Origin: Azolla caroliniana | Taxonomy: Eukaryota; Plantae; Polypodiophyta | Length of the DNA stretch: 64,000 nucleotides | Direction: 5' to 3' | Assembly: GCA_043228905.1 (NCBI GenBank) | Contig: JBHGNT010000012.1 | Span: 14,446,001-14,510,000, forward strand | Shown: positions 36,067 through 49,600 of the stretch, piece after piece | Position numbering within the stretch: position 1 is the stretch's first letter | How the letters are laid out: every line of letters starts with the position of its first letter | Position numbers and translations under genes: made by a program | The notes under the pieces: model-generated | What the model was told of the DNA's origin: nothing | Database searches by the model: none | The model's input: only the letters and a program-made list of their open reading frames with translations

Positions 36067-39000
36067 TGTTGGCATAAAAGGACGTCTCCTTCCACTTTGT
36101 ATCCGTCCGAGTGTGAACTCATTATTAAGTTAGGGCTTAGTATATAAGCGAATACCTAGCATTGTAATGAAGTGATGAAGAGAAGAATATCGTATCTCTG
36201 AGAGAGAACGAAGAAGAAATAAGAAGCTTTCCATTGAAGCTCGAAACTGCGTAAGTCTCCGCCTTATGTATTTTTTTTGTGTGTTGTTTGCTATTCATAG
36301 CCCACAAAAGATCCATATACGTTTCTGCATAAACGTGCTACTTGTAACAAGTGGTATCAGAGCCAACCTTGCTGTAACAAACAATAGAAGAATCTAAAAG
36401 AAAAGACCAAGTCAGAAATCTCAAGCTCACAGATAGAATATGGATTCAACATCCGGAATAGGAGTTGAAATAAGAAAGTTTGATGGCAAAAACTTTGCAC
36501 TTGGGAAAGAGATGATGTAGGATGTGTTGATCATCCGACGACAAGTTGAGGCCATTAGGCACAACGAAAAGCCTGCGTCGATGACAACAGAAGAGTGGAG
36601 ATCAGTGGACGAAATAACACGCTCCACCATCCGAATGCATCTGGCTGAAAACGTCTATTTCAGCACGGCGAAAGAGACGACATTGTTCTCACTATGGGAG
36701 AAACTTCAGGTTGTATATGAAAAGAAGTCCTCATCTTCAAAACTGATCTTGATCAAACAACTGTTCAACATGAAGATGAAAGAGACCAGTCTGACAACCT
36801 CCCACATCAACACCTTCAACCAGGTGTTGTCAGAGCTCTCGTCACAAGGGATCAACTTCGAAGAAGAAGTGAAAGCCCTTGCCCTCCTATCGAGCTTGTC
36901 GGCGAGTTGGGAGGTATTATATACGACATACACCAATAGCCGACCGATCCTAAATCTGGACAAAACAACCGGCCAAGTCCTCACAGAGGACATCAGGCGA
37001 AAATCGATCGGACTAACCATCGATGAGTCGGTAGAACCCCACCAATCGACCGAGTCGTTCGACCGATAGAGTCGAACGAAAGAACAAGCCGACAGAACCA
37101 GTAGACGCTATAGCCAATCGAGAACGAGGGGAGACCGATAGCGGTCGAAGTCGAAAGCAGGCCGAACAAGTGAGTATTGCACACAATGTAGGAAAGCTGG
37201 CCACAATGTTTTTGACTGATGGTCGATAAAGAGAAAAGAGGGTGGTCAACAATCCAAGCGGAACTAGGGATGTTCCGACTCAGACCACTCTTTAGTCGGC
37301 AACTAGATCAATGTTACCAACACTCAATCCAGAGAAATTCTCTCTCTAGAGGATTCGATGATCGGAGAAGTCCTCTACAGTGCACAAGATGCACATACGT
37401 GGTTACTGGACTCCAGTGCCACATTTCACGTGACCCCAAGTATCGAATGGTTTTCGAACTATTCCGTCGATGCCAGAGGCATAGTCCGACTAGGCAATGG
37501 ACAGGGGTGCAAAGTTGCAGGAACTGGAGAAGTTCCCATTAGATTGCCGAATGGCAACTTAATAACCCTGCACTAAGTTCGGCACATACCTGATCTAAAG
37601 AGGAGTCTGGTCTCCATCGGCATGTTAGCCGAAGACGGGTACAAAACGACTCTACATGAGTCAACATGGGTGATTAGCCGAGGAAATCTCAAAATCGGGA
37701 ATGGGTACAAGTATAACAATCTATACCCATTGATGGCAATCAACCCTGAAGGGGTCGTGAACGTAGCCGAAAAGACCGACCCGAACCTATGATATGCCCG
37801 AATTGGCCATATGTCTCAAGCCGGGCTTGATCGGCTGATATCGGTTGGCTACATCCCGAAACTCCAGGCAAAGACAGACTTCTGTGAGCATTGTTGATAT
37901 GGGAAATAGACCCGAAGTCCGCATTCTCTCCATTACGAGACGGTACGACAACCCCTAGAGCTCGTGCACACAGACATATGTAGGCCCATGCCAGAGCGAT
38001 CACTAGGAGGCTCTTGGTACTTCATCACTTTTGTAGATGACTGTACACGGGCATACTCCATCAAGTCCAAAGATAAAGCGCTCGAGGTCTTCACTCGGTG
38101 GATAGTTGAAGTGGAGAACCAGTCAGGACACAGAGTCAAGACACTCCAGTCCGACAATGGAGGTGAGTATACCTCCAGAGCCTTCAAGCAGTACCTATCT
38201 AACAAAGGAATCCGGCATCAAAAGACCGTTCCTTACACACCCATTTAGAATGGGGTGGTTGAACGGCTCAACCGAATGATCCAGGAGAGGATGACGACAA
38301 TGCTCCAGCAAGTCGGACTGAAGCTGGAATTTTGGGCCGAAGCATTGCAGACGACAGTTTATCTGATAAATCTGGCACCGTCAAGAGCAATCAGGCTCGA
38401 AGTGCCACAGGCACTATGGTCAGGCAAACAGCCGACCTACGATAGGCTCCGTATATTCGGATGCGAAGCCTACGCGTTCATCCTCAGGGACAAGAGGACG
38501 AAGTTGGCACCCCATGCAACGAAGTACATATTTATCGGTTATGGGACCGATGGGGACTTCGGCTACTGGCTATTGGGACCCTGAGAACCGGAAATTGATT
38601 TGGAGCAGTGACGTAGTCTTCAATGAAGATTCTATCTTCTCTCAGAAGAAACAAACAGAAAACAGTTGGTAAGAAGGTATCCTTCGAAGATGACAACACT
38701 GTCGTAGAATATCTCGTCGTGATAGAAGACCTAGAGCTAGAGTAGATGGACGTAAAGACATCATTCCTAGACGGAGATCTGGAAGAAGACATATACATGT
38801 CTCAATCGGCAGGCTTCACGACAACGGGGGAGGACAATCACCTCGTATGCAGACGGAAGAAAAGCCTCTATGGCTTGAAATAAGCATCGAGGATGTGGTA
38901 CCAGAAGTTTGAATCCTATATCATGCAGCTTGGATACCGGCGATCTGACTTCGACCCATGCATGTATGTTCGGCAACTAGTTGACGAGTCCAGGATCTAC

Positions 39001-40456
39001 CTGATCCTATTTGAACAATCCAGGATCTACCAGGGAGCAATCAAGTAGAGATCAGTAAGCTGAAGCGGAGCCTTCATGCAAAGTTCGCGATGAAGGAACT
39101 GGGACAAGCCTGACACATACTGGGCATGAGGATAGAGCGAAATCGGACGACCAAGACTCTCGCAGTCCGACTACATCCGCAAGGTGCTGAAGCGCTTCAA
39201 CATGGAGAATGCGAAGCCAACACTGATACCACTTCCGACGTCGATCAGACTAACGGACAGAGACTCTCCTTCGACGGACAAGGAGAGAGAGCTCAATGGC
39301 AAGATGCCCTACGCATCGGCAGTAGGAAGTATCATGTACGCAATGGTGGTGACCCAACCCGACCTAGCCTATGTCGTAGGGGTGGTCAGCCGATACATAA
39401 ACCCAGGAAAGAAGCATTGGGAGGCCATCAAGCACATCCTTACGTATCTGAAAGGAACCATGGATGCTCATCTGACTTTTGGACTAACAACCTCAGACGA
39501 GGTCGAAGGCTACACCGATTCTGACTATGCTGGGAATGCAGATAATCGGAAATCGACATCATGTTACGTCTTCACCTATGGTGGCGGTGCAATATCATGG
39601 AGGTCAAAACTTCAAGAGTGCACGACTCTGTCTACCACAGAAGCCGAGTACATAGCAACATCAAAAGCAACAAAGGAAGCGATTTGGCTGCATCGACTCT
39701 ATGCTGACTTCGGAACTACAAGCCGAACCAACTAACCAACGTCGATCATCTATTGCAACTCACAAAGCACAATACACCTCATCAACAATCCCGTCTACCA
39801 TGCGAAGACAAAGCACATTGAGGTGCGGTATCATCACATTCGGGAGAGCTCGTGATAGAGAAGGAACTCGAAATCTGGAAGATTGACACTGAGGTGAACA
39901 TCGTCGATTGCCTGACGAAGCCACTCTCAGATCAATGCTTCGGAACACTAAGGATGAAGATGGGACTACAACAAGTGATTGAGCAGAAGAAAGTTGAACG
40001 AGGAGCAACAGGTAAGAGCTGATCAACACACATACTATACCTCTGCCGACTCGGCTATATGCCGACAGACTTGTAAATGTAAAATCTAGTTGAATTTGTA
40101 ATCTAGGTTTACGGGGGAGATAACCCCAAACATTTGTATATGTGTAAAAGAGTAGTCCTTTTACGGGGGAGTTTGTTGGCATAAAAGGCCGACTCCTTCC
40201 ACTTTGTATCCGTCCGAGTGTGAACTCGTTATTAAGTTAGGGCTTAGTATATAAGCGAATACCTAACATTGTAATGAAGTGATGACGAGAAGAATATCGT
40301 ATCTCTAAGAGAGAACGAAGAAGAAATAAGAAACTTTCCATTGAAGCTCGAAACTGCGTAAGTCTCCGCCTTATGTCTTTTCTGTGTGTGTTCTTTGTTG
40401 TTCATAGCCCACAAAAGTTCCATATATGTTTCCGCATAAACGCACTACGCTCAACA
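36067..40456 (+). mobile_element. Ty1/Copia element B2 (family of B1, opposite strand) with both LTRs, degenerate
   Basis: 283-bp LTRs at 36067-36349 and 40174-40456. Perfect TSD TTATT. PBS TGGTATCAGAGCC and PPT GGGGGAG. Gag-PR-IN-RT-RH order with stops and a deletion near 38710. Confidence 0.95.
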
Positions 40457-41899
40457 TTATTCACCTCCATTGTCGGACCAAAGTGTCTTCACTCGGTGTC
40501 CTAATCAATTCTCTACTTTGGCTAACCACCGAGAGAAGACCTCGAGCACTTCACCTTTGGACTTAATCGAGGAAGCCCATACTTTCCGTGTGCAATCATC
40601 TGCAAATGTGATGAATTACCAGGAGCCACCTAGCGATCGTTAGGCATCGGCCCACATATATTAGTGTGGACCAGTTCTAGGGGTTGTCGTACCATCTCAT
40701 AATGAAGAGAGTGTGAACTTCAGGTTTGTTTCCGGTAATGACAATGCTCGTAGAAGTCTGTCTTTGTCTGGAGTTTTGGAATGTAGTCGATCGCCATCAG
40801 CTAGTCTAGTCTGGCTTGGGACATATGGCTGAGTCAGCCATGGCATAGGTTCAAATCATGTCATTCGGCTACGTTCACTGTGCCCTCTTGATTGATCACC
40901 ATCAGTGTATATAGATTTTTGTATTTGCATCTGCACCCGATTTTCATGTTTCTTTGGATGATCATCCATTATGACTTCCTGAGAGTCGTTTGGTACCCGA
41001 CTTCAACTAGCATGCCGATGGAGACCAGACTCCTTTTTAGCTCGGGTACATGCTAGATTCGGTGTAGGGTGATGGTTTTATCATTCAACAATTGAATGGG
41101 AACCTCACCGATCCCTGCGATTATGCATTCTTGCCCATTGTTGAATCAGATTGTGCCGTTGGCCTAGTTGAATAGTTTGAAAACCATTCGATGTTGGAGG
41201 TAACCTGAAATGTGGCAATGAAATCCAACAGCCACATTCACACATCTTGTGTGCTGTGTAGGATTTCACCGGTCGATGTCTCCTCCAAGGAGAGGATTTC
41301 ACCAAACCAAGATTCGAGGACATTGACTTGGTTGTCGATTGGAGAATGGCTCGAATAAGATTGTCCTTGTATTAGATCGAATTTCTGACCATTCTCCTTT
41401 CTCTTGATCGACCAACAGTTAGAAATGTTGTGGTCAACCTTTCTGCATTGTATGTAGAAGACATTTGACTGATTATTCCTTGACTTTTCTCATACATGGC
41501 TTGCAACTTCTCCCACAGAGAATGTCGTCACCTCCTTTGCCATCTCGAATAGACGTTCCTGGCTAGATGCATTGGATGGCTGACCTGGCTATGTCATCCA
41601 TATATCGCCATTATTTTGTAGTCATTGAAACCGACTTATCGCTATGTCGTATTGCTTCAACTTGTTGTTGGATGATAATGACATCCTACATCATCTCCTT
41701 CCACAAGGCAAAGTTCTTTTCGTTGAACGTTTGGATTTCCACGTTTGTGCCGGATGTAGAAACCATCTTCTCGAAGTGCGGTTTTGCTGGCTTGGTCTTT
41801 TCTCTCAGCCAAATAACTTCTCTTTCTCAGCTAGCAACAAGAACACATTTGAGCATTGATGGTAGACTTAGATTATTCTCTCTCGTTTTTATTGTAAGT

Positions 41900-42095
41900 A
41901 CCTTCCCCTAGTGGTAAGTTGTTACACTACAAGCATTATGTCTTGGATTTGAAACCCAATTATGCCACCTCTCTATTATATACTTAATATATATCTCTTT
42001 TAATTCACCAGATGCCATTGTGGAATGTAGGGGTTTAACCCGTGCCTGTTGGTCTCCATTGGGCAACCTTATTAAGTGAGCTGCATCTATCTAGG

Positions 42096-42131
<36 letters not shown>

Positions 42132-42180
42132 TTCGTAAATCAATGTTTTGTTATTAAAACAAGATGATAATACAACCCTT

Positions 42181-42227
<47 letters not shown>

Positions 42228-42345
42228 ATTTTTTTGTCGTAATTGGCTTACCCTAGTGGTAAGTTGATAGCACTATAAGCATTGCGTCTTGGGTTTGAAA
42301 CTTAATTTTTCCACCTCTCTATACTTCATCTCTCTCTCTCTCTCT
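41900..42345. repeat. Degenerate repeat patch with tRNA-like segments and (CT)n; partly repeated at 44865-44955
   Basis: CCCTAGTGGTAAGTTG...GGRTTTGAAAC at ~41906 and ~42251. 42005-42085 resembles the chromovirus LTR start at 21770-21850. Confidence 0.65.
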
Positions 42346-44850
42346 CCATAGGAAATTACAACATAGGAAATCCATGGACCACACAGGATTGCGAGCCGAG
42401 CACATCATATATGCTCGAGAGTGCCTAGCTCCCCTTCTCACTCTAATCTTCAACCGCGCCCTCGCCGAGGGTTTTCCACCACAATGGGCCATGAACACTG
42501 TGGCCCCTATACATAAAGGAGGGGACCCAATGGACCCAAATACATATAGGACCATTATGATAGGTCATACGCTTGCTAAACTATATGGTGCAGTAATGGA
42601 AGCGGAGCTCAGTGATTATATGGAAACATTAAGTCTTCGAGCACCTGAGCAGGCTGGCTTTAGACGAGCCTTCTCCACTATTGACCACATCTTCACACTT
42701 AGGTGCTTAATTGACCAAACAAAGGCTCGTAAGAAGAAACTATATTGTTGCTTTGTGGACTTTCGCAAAGCCTTTGATACAGTTCCTAGGGAGAGGTTGT
42801 TTGATAGACTTAAGAGCTTGGAGATACCAAATGACATGATTTGGGCCATTTATGCCCTATATGAGCAAGTCTATGGGCGTGTAAGATGCCCAGGTGGCCT
42901 ATCCGATTGTTTCACTAGCACCATTGGTGTAAAACAGGGTTGCCCCCTATCACCGACTCTTTTTGGGATCTACATTGATGAGATCACTGATTTTATTGCT
43001 CGTAAGGGAGGCAAAGGAGTGGCTATTGGGGATACGCAAGTTAGTCTCTTACTCTACGCAGACGACATTGTCTTGCTCTCGGAGTCGGAACACGACCTAC
43101 AAAAGCATCTTAATGCCCTAGATGACTTTTGTACACAACGAGGACTGGTAGTGAATCTAGCGAAAACTAAAGTCCTTATCTTTCATACATCGTCCAGAGT
43201 TAGGAGTAAATGTCACCTCATCCTCTCTCATAAACTAGTTGAGGTGGTGGGATCTTATGTATACTTGGGAGTCACTTTTAGTGCTCGCTCAGGTAAATTC
43301 TCGATGACCCAGGCAGCCAAAGATAGGCTAACAAGAGGATATGCATCCCTCTCACTCTTAGAGAGACAATGCCACCAAGCATACTTTCAAGAGCCACGGA
43401 CTAAGGGATGGCTTTTCGACTCATTAGTGACCCCGTCCCTCATGTATGCATCAGTAGTATGGGCTCCAGGTCTACCATCTTTCATGTGGACGCAATTGGA
43501 GAGACCTTTAGTGGTGATGTTATCACGTCAACTCCGAAGCAAATCGACAGTACCACATGACATTATTAGAGCGGAGTTTAGCCTACCCCCGATGTTAGTA
43601 GAAGCACTCTTTCAAGTGGTAGCTTTTATTCATCGGATACATAGTCAACCACAAGATAGGATATCCCGTCGAGCCTTTGAGGCATCCCGATCCTTACATG
43701 TGTCTGGAGACACCAACTCTTGGTATAGCATTGTGGTGAGTTGGTTATTTGCAAATGGCATAGACATTAATAACCTACCTCCCCTTAAGTACAACCATGG
43801 GACTGATCAAACTTTAATCTCTCGTGAAGATCGTAATAAAGTGATACGCCAAGAAATATGGCAAATCTACACTCGATACAAATGGATCACCCCACGAGAG
43901 CCACTCCCATCTAAAATGGTGTACTATAAGGAACACTTCTTGCACTTCTCTAAGTTAGGGTTTATTACACGACCAAGATACCTAGATACTTTCTTATCAA
44001 ATGCACTAAGGGTGGCCATTGGACAACTTAGGATATCATCTCACCAACTTGAGATTGAGAATGGTCGAGCTAATAGAGTCCCTAGAGAGGAAAGGCTATG
44101 TAGGTTATGCCACATAGAGATAGAGGATGAGTATCACTTCACATGCAAGTGCCCAACTTATGCCGAGATACGGGCGGAATACCAAGACATACTAGGACCC
44201 TCTCCCACCCTCTCCAAACTATTAGATACCCCGAGTGTAAAGAGACTAGGTAGGTATATCTTAGAGCTAAAACAACATAGGGAGGATAAACTACAAAGTG
44301 TTAATCATAACCCTTTTACTACTCATCAACATGTACCTAGTGTAATTTTTCAGGAACATGGGGAGACGATGAATGTGGATACACTTATGCCGCTCGGCCT
44401 CTCCCTTGAGGAAGCAGAAATACAAAGAGCAACCAAACGTCCTCGGATGTTGGGCTTCAACACAAGTCAACGTGGAGTAGAAAAGATTAAGAAGATAAGG
44501 GAACGTGAGCTACGTCGACTCGAAGCTATGGTTGGGGTACCTCTTACATGGGGACCACGGGCCACATCCACATCATGGCAACCCTTTGACCCCCCGCTTC
44601 TCTTCGAGAGACTTGGATGGAAATGAAATTAGGCCTAGTATAGAATCATTCTCATTGTAGAACATGTTTTTTATATAGAACATGTTTGTTGTTTTCTTAG
44701 AACTATTTAGCTTAAACTCTATTTTATCTTATTTTTATTTTTACTTTCGATGAATGGGTAAATATCCCATTTTTGTCGTACACCTTTTGTCTCATGGGCC
44801 AATTTTGGCCTTAGAAGACGTTAATATATCTTTCTTTCTTTCTTTCTTTC
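42346..44850 (+). mobile_element. 5'-truncated RTEX-like LINE with an uninterrupted 750-codon RT/zinc-finger ORF (42374-44626)
   Basis: CFVDFRKAFDTV, GVKQGCPLSP, LLYADD, YLGV, RISSHQLEIENGR...CRLC...HFTCKC. No endonuclease domain. 3' stem-loop and (TTTC)n tail; (CT)n on both sides. Confidence 0.95.
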
Positions 44851-45399
44851 TCTCTCTCTCTCTTTAGAACCCCAATTATGTCACCTCTCTATTACATACC
44901 CCATATATATCTCTTTTAATTCACCAAATGTCATTGTGGAATGTAGGGGTTTAATTTCTATAACTATGAAATCGATACAAACACTCTAAGTACCCATAAT
45001 GGAGAGGGAGAAAGAACAAATGATGCTCCCTTCAAGACTAACAGTAAATGAAAACTCAACTCAAGAGGACTAGTCCCACTACTCACAATGTATGGAATGG
45101 AGATACCTACGACCATGTGGAGAGTTTCGAGACCATCATGCATGTTGATGACCCTTAGTACAGATGTGTGGCCGACCACTTTTGAGCTGCTCAGTATGGA
45201 TGATCCAGTAGTGGCTGGTTTATGAGGCCCTCTTGAAAGAAACGATGGAAAAGATTCCGAGCATGTAAAAGATAAGAAAAGGAGGAGTTTCTTGACCAGG
45301 CTAGTGTTGCCAAGACTAAAAAAGAACTGAACGGAATCCCGCCGCCCATAGATTCCCCGGATCAAATTCTTAGCCACTAAAAACCATACACATGACTAC

Positions 45400-45715
45400 A
45401 TCGGGTTTAGGGTTTACGCCATCAAAGCGAACATATGTGACGAAAAATGCACATAAAGCCATCTAGGGTTTGGTTTGGCAGAACAAGTTTAAGTTAGGGT
45501 TTGTTTTTTTGTGTGAGAGTGAAAGACTTGGGGTTGGGGGCACACAGCTTTGAAAAGCCTCCTCCTATTTACGGCCCCGCATCCATAGGTCGTCCGATCT
45601 TTGAAGATCTGACGGTCAATAAGCTCTGCAAACCCTCTGCCTATTTGTGTGTGTGTGTGTTTTTTTTTCTGTCTGATGATTTTTGCTTTGTGGGTTTGAT
45701 TTTTTAGGGTTTTCA
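45400..45715 (+). promoter_or_regulatory. Probable Pumilio promoter with clustered telo-boxes
   Basis: Four TAGGGTTT (rc AAACCCTA) at ~45408, 45465, 45496 and 45705, upstream of a pyrimidine-rich leader with apparent 5' UTR introns (GT 45830...AG 45920; GT 46113). Confidence 0.55.
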
Positions 45716-46699
45716 GAGGGGTCCCTCAATTCTTTTTTTTTTCTTTTTTTTTTTCTGTTTCTGCTCGGCAATTTTCCTTCTTCTTCTTCTTCTTCCCATC
45801 AATTTTGATCTTTCCTGGTTTTGATGAAGGTATTTTATTTTGTTTGATGATCTGATTTAGACACATCTTTACATCTGTTTTTGCCTGCTGTTTTCACTAA
45901 TCTTCCCTTTTTATTTGCAGGACCCATTTGCACAGACTTTTCTTTCCTCTGTTTTAGAAGTTAGGAAAAACTGAGTTTCATCCTATATCATTTTTGATTT
46001 AGTGAATACATATTTCTGCCTCCCCCCAATTCTGATTAAAAGAAGGAGAAAAATAGACTTCGTGATCAGCTTCAATATTTGGCAAATAAATTCATCTAAG
46101 ACTAAGCTCAAGGTGAGGTTCAGATGTCCATCTTCTTTCTATGAGTTTTGGTTTTAAACTCGGTTTTTTAGTTTTAACATACACCTTTGCTCTTCTTGAA
46201 ATTTACACAGAGATCCAATCAAATAACAGCAGAAAAGATTCATATTTTGTATATACTGTGCCGATTTGTAAATGTACATGTTTGGGTTGATATGTGACCA
46301 TATCACACGAAGGCAGTAACAGGATACCTATATATATATGTCCATGTGCTTGATATCAGACAGTGATAACAACAGGTCATCGTTCCGCCGGATGTAACGA
46401 TTTTCTTTCTGTAAAAGTCATCATCCTTTTTCATCTGTCCTAGTCGAGATTTTGTTGGAATTTGGAATCTAGTTAGAATTCCAGTTTGGATGGAATCTGG
46501 AACCTTGTGGCAGGATTTGTTCAGCTAAGGTGAATTCTATAATCTAGTGGACAGTTTGTTTGGTTGTGTCAGAGAGTGGAGCTACTCTAGATTTGTTTCC
46601 GGTTAAGTTGGAATAAATTTGGAATCTTGTTTAGAGAGGGTCAATCTGGTCTAGTTAGAATCTGGTCAAAGTTTGGTCAAGTCAGTTGTTGGGATCAGT

Positions 46700-49600
46700 A
46701 TGGCAACCGAGAATCCCATGAGAATAACGGGAAATCTTGGGATGTCTGAGAGCGAGAGAACATCTTCGTCTTCTTCTTCTTCAACTGATAGTGTGGCACA
46801 AGAGCTAGGTTTGTTACTACGGAGTCATTCACGCCTCGACAATCTTCTCAATAAAAGAGACCTAATGCCACACCGGAGTGGAAGTGCCCCTCCTAGTGTG
46901 GAAGGGTCTCTAGCATCCATGGGTGGTTTATTAAATCATCGATTCTCAGGTGTTTCAGTGTCTAAAGAAAGTAACAGGACTGTTGATTCAGAACATGACT
47001 TAAGATCTGATCCTGCCTATTTAGCTTACTATTACTCTCATGTTAATCTAAACCCAAGGCTTCCTCCACCTCTTGTTACAAGGGATAATTATGTTCTTGC
47101 CCAACGATTGGCTAGTGGTGGCGACAAGAAGAAGCTGAGGTCCTTCGATGATATAAACAGTAGGTCTTTGTTCTCCTCACAACCCATGCTTCCTACTCAT
47201 GATGAAGAGCCCGAATTCTCGGAAGATGAAAAATCTCCCCTGGGTGGTTTGATGACACATGTATGGAATGAACAAAATGCTGATGGGCAGTTGTACGGGA
47301 ATAACCGGCCGAAAAGCTTGGTAGATCTTATACAGGTACACATCAACATCTTGTTTGGTTATCTGCTATTATCAAAATGTTAAGGTCATAACGTAGACAT
47401 TGTTTTCTTTTTTGACTCGATAGGTTGTAGCTGTACTTAGATTCCTGCTAGTTGCCTTTTATGTTAACAAGGTTCTAGATAGCCTTAAGCTTGACTGGGG
47501 TTTTGACTAGACAGATTGCAACTGGTCTAGGTTTCTGTCAGACAGGTTTTAGGTGGACCAGGATTTTGATCAGATTGGATGCTGCCTGATCTAGCATAAA
47601 GTGATGGCTATGAATATTGTTATGCATTTTAGCTTGATTATAGATTTGAACTCAGCAATAGTTTTACGAGTTCGTTTTTATTTTAACCAGGTTTTATTAT
47701 GATCTAGTGCAATCAACCCCTAACAATGTGTGCCCATAACATAGAGATTTGGCAGGACGCATGTATATGTTGTTAGGGTCTTGGTAAGAGAGCGTTCGTC
47801 TTGACCAGGATTTGAGTAGGTAGATATTATATTGATCTAGCATTCATTAACTACTAATGTTAAGGTTTTCATAAAGTGTATCTTCACTAAGATTTTGCTG
47901 AGATATTTTTTTCTTGACATAGATTTTATTAACCCCCTGATAATATACTTATGCACATGCTCAATAGCAGAAAGATTGGCTACATTTTATTCGTTGTTGT
48001 ACTTGCTCAGGTGGTTTTTTAATTCGACAGATTTTAGGGTTAATATCTTGTGGGTTTCTTAACAGGAAGATTTTCCAAGAACACCATCCCCGGTTTTCAC
48101 TCAGTTGCGACCTTCTAGTAGGATTGCTAATGAAGAGGGTTCTGATGGAACGTCTACATTAGGACAATTAACACAAATTCGGGACTCATCATCAATTTCT
48201 GCTGCTGCTATAACTGAACTTAATGCTGTTCTATTAGGTTCTCGTTCAGCCACACCCATAAACAGTGGCCTTGGTTCTCGATCAACAACACCAAACCCCA
48301 TTGTGGGTTCTCGTTCATCCACTCCCAACCCATCTCTAGGTCACATGATGGGAAACTCTTCTTGTCCTGTGGCAAGGCGACCCGCGCCAGAGCCCGATAT
48401 CTCTATGTTAAATCGAGGCTCAAATATAGGATTAAATGGATCCTTATCTGGTGCATCTGGATCCACCGATTTGTCTGTTTCTTTGCAAAAGCTAAGCCTT
48501 TCATCTGAGATGAAGTTGGATTCAAACCAACAAGAGTTATTATTAAATAATCAACATTCTTTGCATCATCTACACACATCTCAGCTTAATAATCGCTCTC
48601 AAGTGCACAGTAATTTACAAGTTCCAGAAGCTCCTCAGCAACGGAGGTCAGATTTGAACAATCGAGGGCAAGCAAAACATAATCCTTTGAGTGGTCAGTC
48701 TTCCCAGTCTGTGAATCTACAAAATGAAAGTCTAAATAATATGTATGCAGCTGCGGCTGCCGCAGCTGCAATGTCGTATATGGCAGCTAATCCTTACTAC
48801 CAGAGTTTACAAGCCTATACTCCCTATGGATATGGAGTGAACCCCACGCTGATGCCTTCTATGATGGCTAATTATCCATCTCCGGTGGCTTATGATTCGG
48901 TAGCGGCAGCAGCAGCAGCAGCAGCTGCTGCCGTAGCTGCTGGGATTGGTGGCAGATCACCATCCTCTGGGTCAACCAATGCTGATATGTACAAGTATGC
49001 ATCTCAAGGTGGAGGATCTTCACAATCTCACTTGCAAAACCCTTTGTATTATCACTACTTGCAACAGTATGCAATGGAGGATGCTCGAGGCGCTTTAAAT
49101 CTCAATGATCCCTCCTCCAATTTTGGAGGTTATAATCATCGTGTGGACTCTGTAGAGATGCAAAAGAATCATATGCCTGGATATGATAAAAAAAATCAGT
49201 ACTCAAGAAGTGGGTCATATGGGATACCTATGGCGGGCAATACTAATTCTCTCAATCTCAATCCCGGCTTCTATGGTAGCCCTCCGGGTGTGGGTTTCAT
49301 GATGCCATATGCAAGCTCTCCGGTTTCAAGCCCTGTGCTGCCTGGGTCTCCTTTAGTTCCTGGGGCCTTCTCCACGAGGCATGGAGAACGCAATTTACGC
49401 TTCTCCTCAGGAACTAGAAGTACAGGTGGAAATGCATATATGGGTTGGCCGGGTCAGAATGCGAGTGATATGGGTGAAGAACCTAGAGGGAATTCTCTGT
49501 TAGAAGAATTGAAAAACAATAAAGCAAGGCGGTTGGAGCTTGAAGATATAGTTGGCCATGTGGTAGAGTTTAGGTAAACATTTTATTCAATTCCTGGACT

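Larger units (their letters stand above)
24620..41800 (-). mobile_element. Old Ty1/Copia element ('A') split into five pieces by later insertions
   Basis: Pieces 41766-40457 (gag, protease, IN), 36066-35001 (IN, RT), 33971-33773, 26324-26255 and 25162-24620 (RT, RNase H, KTKHIEV). Reading frames rejoin across each TSD, e.g. IPYAL|AVGS across 33773/26324. Confidence 0.85.

Noticed and set aside
44964-45377. 137-aa minus-strand ORF upstream of Pumilio
   Set aside because: No recognisable motif, non-ATG start and no splice context; not supportable as a gene.
45400-45715. Interstitial telomere array
   Set aside because: Only isolated single TAGGGTTT units, consistent with promoter telo-boxes.
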